Positions 61,704-64,000 of a stretch of DNA of 64,000 nucleotides are shown piece by piece. A program made the position numbers and the translations under genes. The notes below the pieces were generated by a model. It did no database searches. It was given only the letters and a program-made list of their open reading frames with translations, and was not told the DNA's origin. The stretch comes from Actinomycetota bacterium (GTDB lineage Bacteria > Actinomycetota > UBA4738 > HRBIN12): NCBI GenBank assembly GCA_036281075.1, contig DASUPO010000113.1:7767-71766 (forward strand), given 5' to 3'. Numbering within the stretch: the stretch's first letter is position 1; each line of letters starts with the position of its first letter.

Positions 61704-62422
61704 GCCAGGCCGAACGCACCCCGCGGACCGGTCCCGTCCTGGCGATCTTCGCGCATCCCGACGACGCGGAGATCTGCGCCGGCGGGGTGCTGGCCAAGTG
61801 GGCGACCGCCGGCCGCGACGTGCATCTGACGATCCTCACGAACGGCGATCGCGGCTCGCAGGATCCGGCCCGCGATCGCACCGAGCTGGCCGCCACCCGG
61901 ATCCGGGAGTCCGAGGCGGCCGCCGCCGTCCTCGGTCTCGCGAGCATCCAGGTGGGCTCGATCCCGGACAGCGAGCTGCAGAACACCGACCAGGTCCGCG
62001 AGGGCGTCGTCCGGAGGATCCGCCAGGTCCGCGCGGAGACCGTGCTCACGTGCGATCCGACCGCGGTGTTCTTCGAGAACGTCTACTACAACCACTCGGA
62101 TCACCGGACGGCCGGCTTCGTCGCGCTGGACGCGTCGTTCCCCGGCAGCGGGAACCCGCACTTCTTCCCGGAGCACCTCGGAGAGGGGCTCGTCGTCCAG
62201 GACGTGTACGACATCTGGCTCGGCTGGTCGAACGAACCGAACCACGTCGAGGACATCACGGGGCATCTCGCGACGAAGCTCGAGGCGCTCGCGGCCCACG
62301 AGAGTCAGCTCCTCGAGGGGATCGCGTTCTTCGAGGACATGCTCGGCAAGGACGCCGTCGAGACCGGCGGGAAGATCGGCGTGGAGCACGCGGAGGAGTT
62401 CCGCGTGCTCGACCTCAGCTAG
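61700..62422 (+). CDS. PIG-L/LmbE-family deacetylase
   Basis: 240 aa from a GTG overlapping the pepA stop (GTGA). Motifs AHPDDAEI and HSDHRT. Confidence 0.85.
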   Translation: MSQAERTPRTGPVLAIFAHPDDAEICAGGVLAKWATAGRDVHLTILTNGDRGSQDPARDRTELAATRIRESEAAAAVLGLASIQVGSIPDSELQNTDQVREGVVRRIRQVRAETVLTCDPTAVFFENVYYNHSDHRTAGFVALDASFPGSGNPHFFPEHLGEGLVVQDVYDIWLGWSNEPNHVEDITGHLATKLEALAAHESQLLEGIAFFEDMLGKDAVETGGKIGVEHAEEFRVLDLS

Positions 62423-63210
62423 GGCAGCGTCCCGACCGCGACGATCACGTCGCGGAAGTCGTTCAACGGATCGGGGAACCGCTCGGCGAACCTCGTGCGC
62501 GTCCGCTCCATCAACGACGCCCAGCCGGTCTCGCCGAGCATGTTGCGGACGAACCGCCCGACGGTCCACGTCCCCAAGCCGTCGATCAGGTCGTCGCGCG
62601 CGTAGGTCCACTGGTAGCGCGTGCGCTCGGTTCGGACGTTCCGGAACCCGGCGTCCCGCAGGTCCTCCACGATCGCCTGGGGGCGCTTGTACCGCTCGTG
62701 TCCAGGGGCCGCCGCCGTGTACGCGGGGGCGAGCATGTCGCGGGGGACGACCTCCTCGACGAGCCCGATCCACGTGTCCTGGTACGCGTCCTTCCCATCG
62801 GACCACGCGGTGAACCCGACCCGGCCGCGCGGCCGGAGCACCCGCTTCACGTCGAACAGCGCGGTCTCAACCTTCACGAAGTGAGCGAGCACGAAGTTCC
62901 CGAGGACGACGTCGAAGGCCCCGCCGCGGAAGGGAAGATCGATCGCCTCGCCGGCGACGAGGGCCACCTCCGGCCGGGAGCGCCGCCCCGTCGCGAGCAT
63001 CGCCAGCGACCGGTCGACGCCGACGACGGCGGCGCCCGATCGCGCGACCTCCGCCGCGGCAACGCCGGTGCCCGTGCCGATGTCGAGCACGCGGTCCCCC
63101 TCGCGCACGGACAGGGCGTGGACGAGATCGCGAGCGGCGTCGGCGAACCGCGGCGCGTGCACGCGATCGTAGACGTCGGCCACCGTGTCGTAGGTCCGCC
63201 AGTCCTCCAT
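62419..63210 (-). CDS. Class I SAM-dependent methyltransferase
   Basis: 263 aa from MEDWRTYD. VLDIGTGTGVAA (motif I), FDVVLGNFVLAHF. Confidence 0.8.
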   Translation of the reverse strand: MEDWRTYDTVADVYDRVHAPRFADAARDLVHALSVREGDRVLDIGTGTGVAAAEVARSGAAVVGVDRSLAMLATGRRSRPEVALVAGEAIDLPFRGGAFDVVLGNFVLAHFVKVETALFDVKRVLRPRGRVGFTAWSDGKDAYQDTWIGLVEEVVPRDMLAPAYTAAAPGHERYKRPQAIVEDLRDAGFRNVRTERTRYQWTYARDDLIDGLGTWTVGRFVRNMLGETGWASLMERTRTRFAERFPDPLNDFRDVIVAVGTLP

Positions 63211-63315
63211 GGTCGGGCAGCCTACCGGGTGCCGCCGCGTCGGCCGTGCGGGGGCGGGCCGTGGTCGGTCCGCGGAACGGCCCCGGATAGACTCGCGCGC
63301 GATGCGGAGCGCTCC

Positions 63316-64000
63316 ATGACCGGTGTCGCGGGGGTCATGGCGCTCGTCCTCGCGGAGGCGACCGCGGGCGCGACGCTCTTCCTCTGGGTGAGCCCGCTGT
63401 GGGGCGAGGTGAAGCGAGGGTTCTTCAAGCTCGTCGGCGCGATCCTCACGATCGTCGGGCTCCTCACGTGGTTCTCCGTGGACGCGGCCGTCGTCGCGCG
63501 CTTCGCGTCGGGAGACGCGCTGCGTGTGACGACCGCGATCGCGGCGGGCGCCACGGCGCTGTGGACCGTGCTGCTGTTCGCGCGGCAGCCCGCGGCCGCG
63601 CGCGTGATCGGGTGGCTCAGCGTCCCCGCCTGGCTCGCGGTCGTCGCGTGGATGGGGGGTGCTGGCCGCCAGGACTATCCGCTCGCGCTCTTCCAGCTCG
63701 CGGCCGGCGCCGCGCTGCTCGGATCGGCGACCGACGGCCTGCTCCTCGGCCACTGGTACCTGACGGACCGGAAGCTCCCCCGCCGGCCGATCGAGCGGAT
63801 CACCACGATCCTGCTCGTGTCCGTCGTGCTCGCGGCCGTGTCGGTTCTCAGCGCGGGGTTCTCCGGGGTCGAGAGCTCGATCTCGGTCAACCCGCTGCTG
63901 ACGGCCGGAGCGCTGGCGCCGTGGATCGCGCTCGGGATGGTGGCCGCGACGGCACTGATCGCGGTGCTCGTGAAGGCCGCCCTGCGGGGGGAGCGTCCGT
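63316..64000 (+). CDS. Hypothetical polytopic membrane protein (3' end outside window; absent from the ORF track because there is no in-window stop)
   Basis: The frame from ATG 63316 is open to the window edge, with GC-rich third positions and several hydrophobic segments (VMALVLAEATAGATLFLWV; LVGAILTIVGLLTWF; ITTILLVSVVLAAVSVL). Confidence 0.55.
   Translation, partial: MTGVAGVMALVLAEATAGATLFLWVSPLWGEVKRGFFKLVGAILTIVGLLTWFSVDAAVVARFASGDALRVTTAIAAGATALWTVLLFARQPAAARVIGWLSVPAWLAVVAWMGGAGRQDYPLALFQLAAGAALLGSATDGLLLGHWYLTDRKLPRRPIERITTILLVSVVLAAVSVLSAGFSGVESSISVNPLLTAGALAPWIALGMVAATALIAVLVKAALRGERP

Noticed and set aside
1-64000. CRISPR arrays, IS elements or transposases, integrases, prophage genes, tRNA or rRNA genes, toxin-antitoxin or restriction/defence modules.
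   Set aside because: I saw no repeat-spacer periodicity, no transposase, integrase or phage-like translations, no tRNA-like T-arm strings in the intergenic regions, and no nuclease/ATPase defence architectures. The window looks like core chromosome.

Overview
A 64-kb, very GC-rich, gene-dense chromosomal segment with about 65 supported CDSs. The gene content looks like Actinomycetota: RegX3-like regulator, ppk1 next to a MutT1-like Nudix, CGNR and PASTA proteins, LLM and FrhB-type enzymes. This taxonomic call is an inference, since no search was run. I found no rRNA, tRNA, CRISPR array, transposase or integrase. Most long alternative-frame ORFs in the track are high-GC shadow ORFs. Left to right the window holds: (1) a phosphate/polyphosphate block (phoU, response regulator, ppk1, CHAD, Nudix/histidine phosphatase, PhoU-like protein, Pit); (2) CorA and an MgtE-like / PhoU-TrkA-C / tandem-RAM cation module; (3) ispH; (4) a CGNR-glycosylase operon; (5) a cyanophycin plus trehalose supercluster; (6) a GABA/aldehyde catabolic block; (7) F420/Fe-S redox genes; (8) a CoA-related trio; (9) a reverse-transsulfuration operon; (10) a c-di-GMP enzyme pair; (11) a split hut cluster; (12) a TPP riboswitch in front of a CytX-like permease. 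The most interesting item is the convergent cyanophycin/trehalose cluster. Full-length cphA with cphB is co-operonic with otsB. Facing it, a CphA paralogue that keeps the N and Mur-ligase-like M domains but lacks the whole ATP-grasp domain is co-operonic with otsA. Other notable points: four convergent gene pairs share a palindromic CTAG as both stop codons; a TM-PASTA ORF appears frameshifted; a DUF429-like gene sits inside the CBS-CGL operon; and a long leader with a tandem repeat precedes the MgtE-like operon. All calls rest on reading the translations and the DNA by eye.
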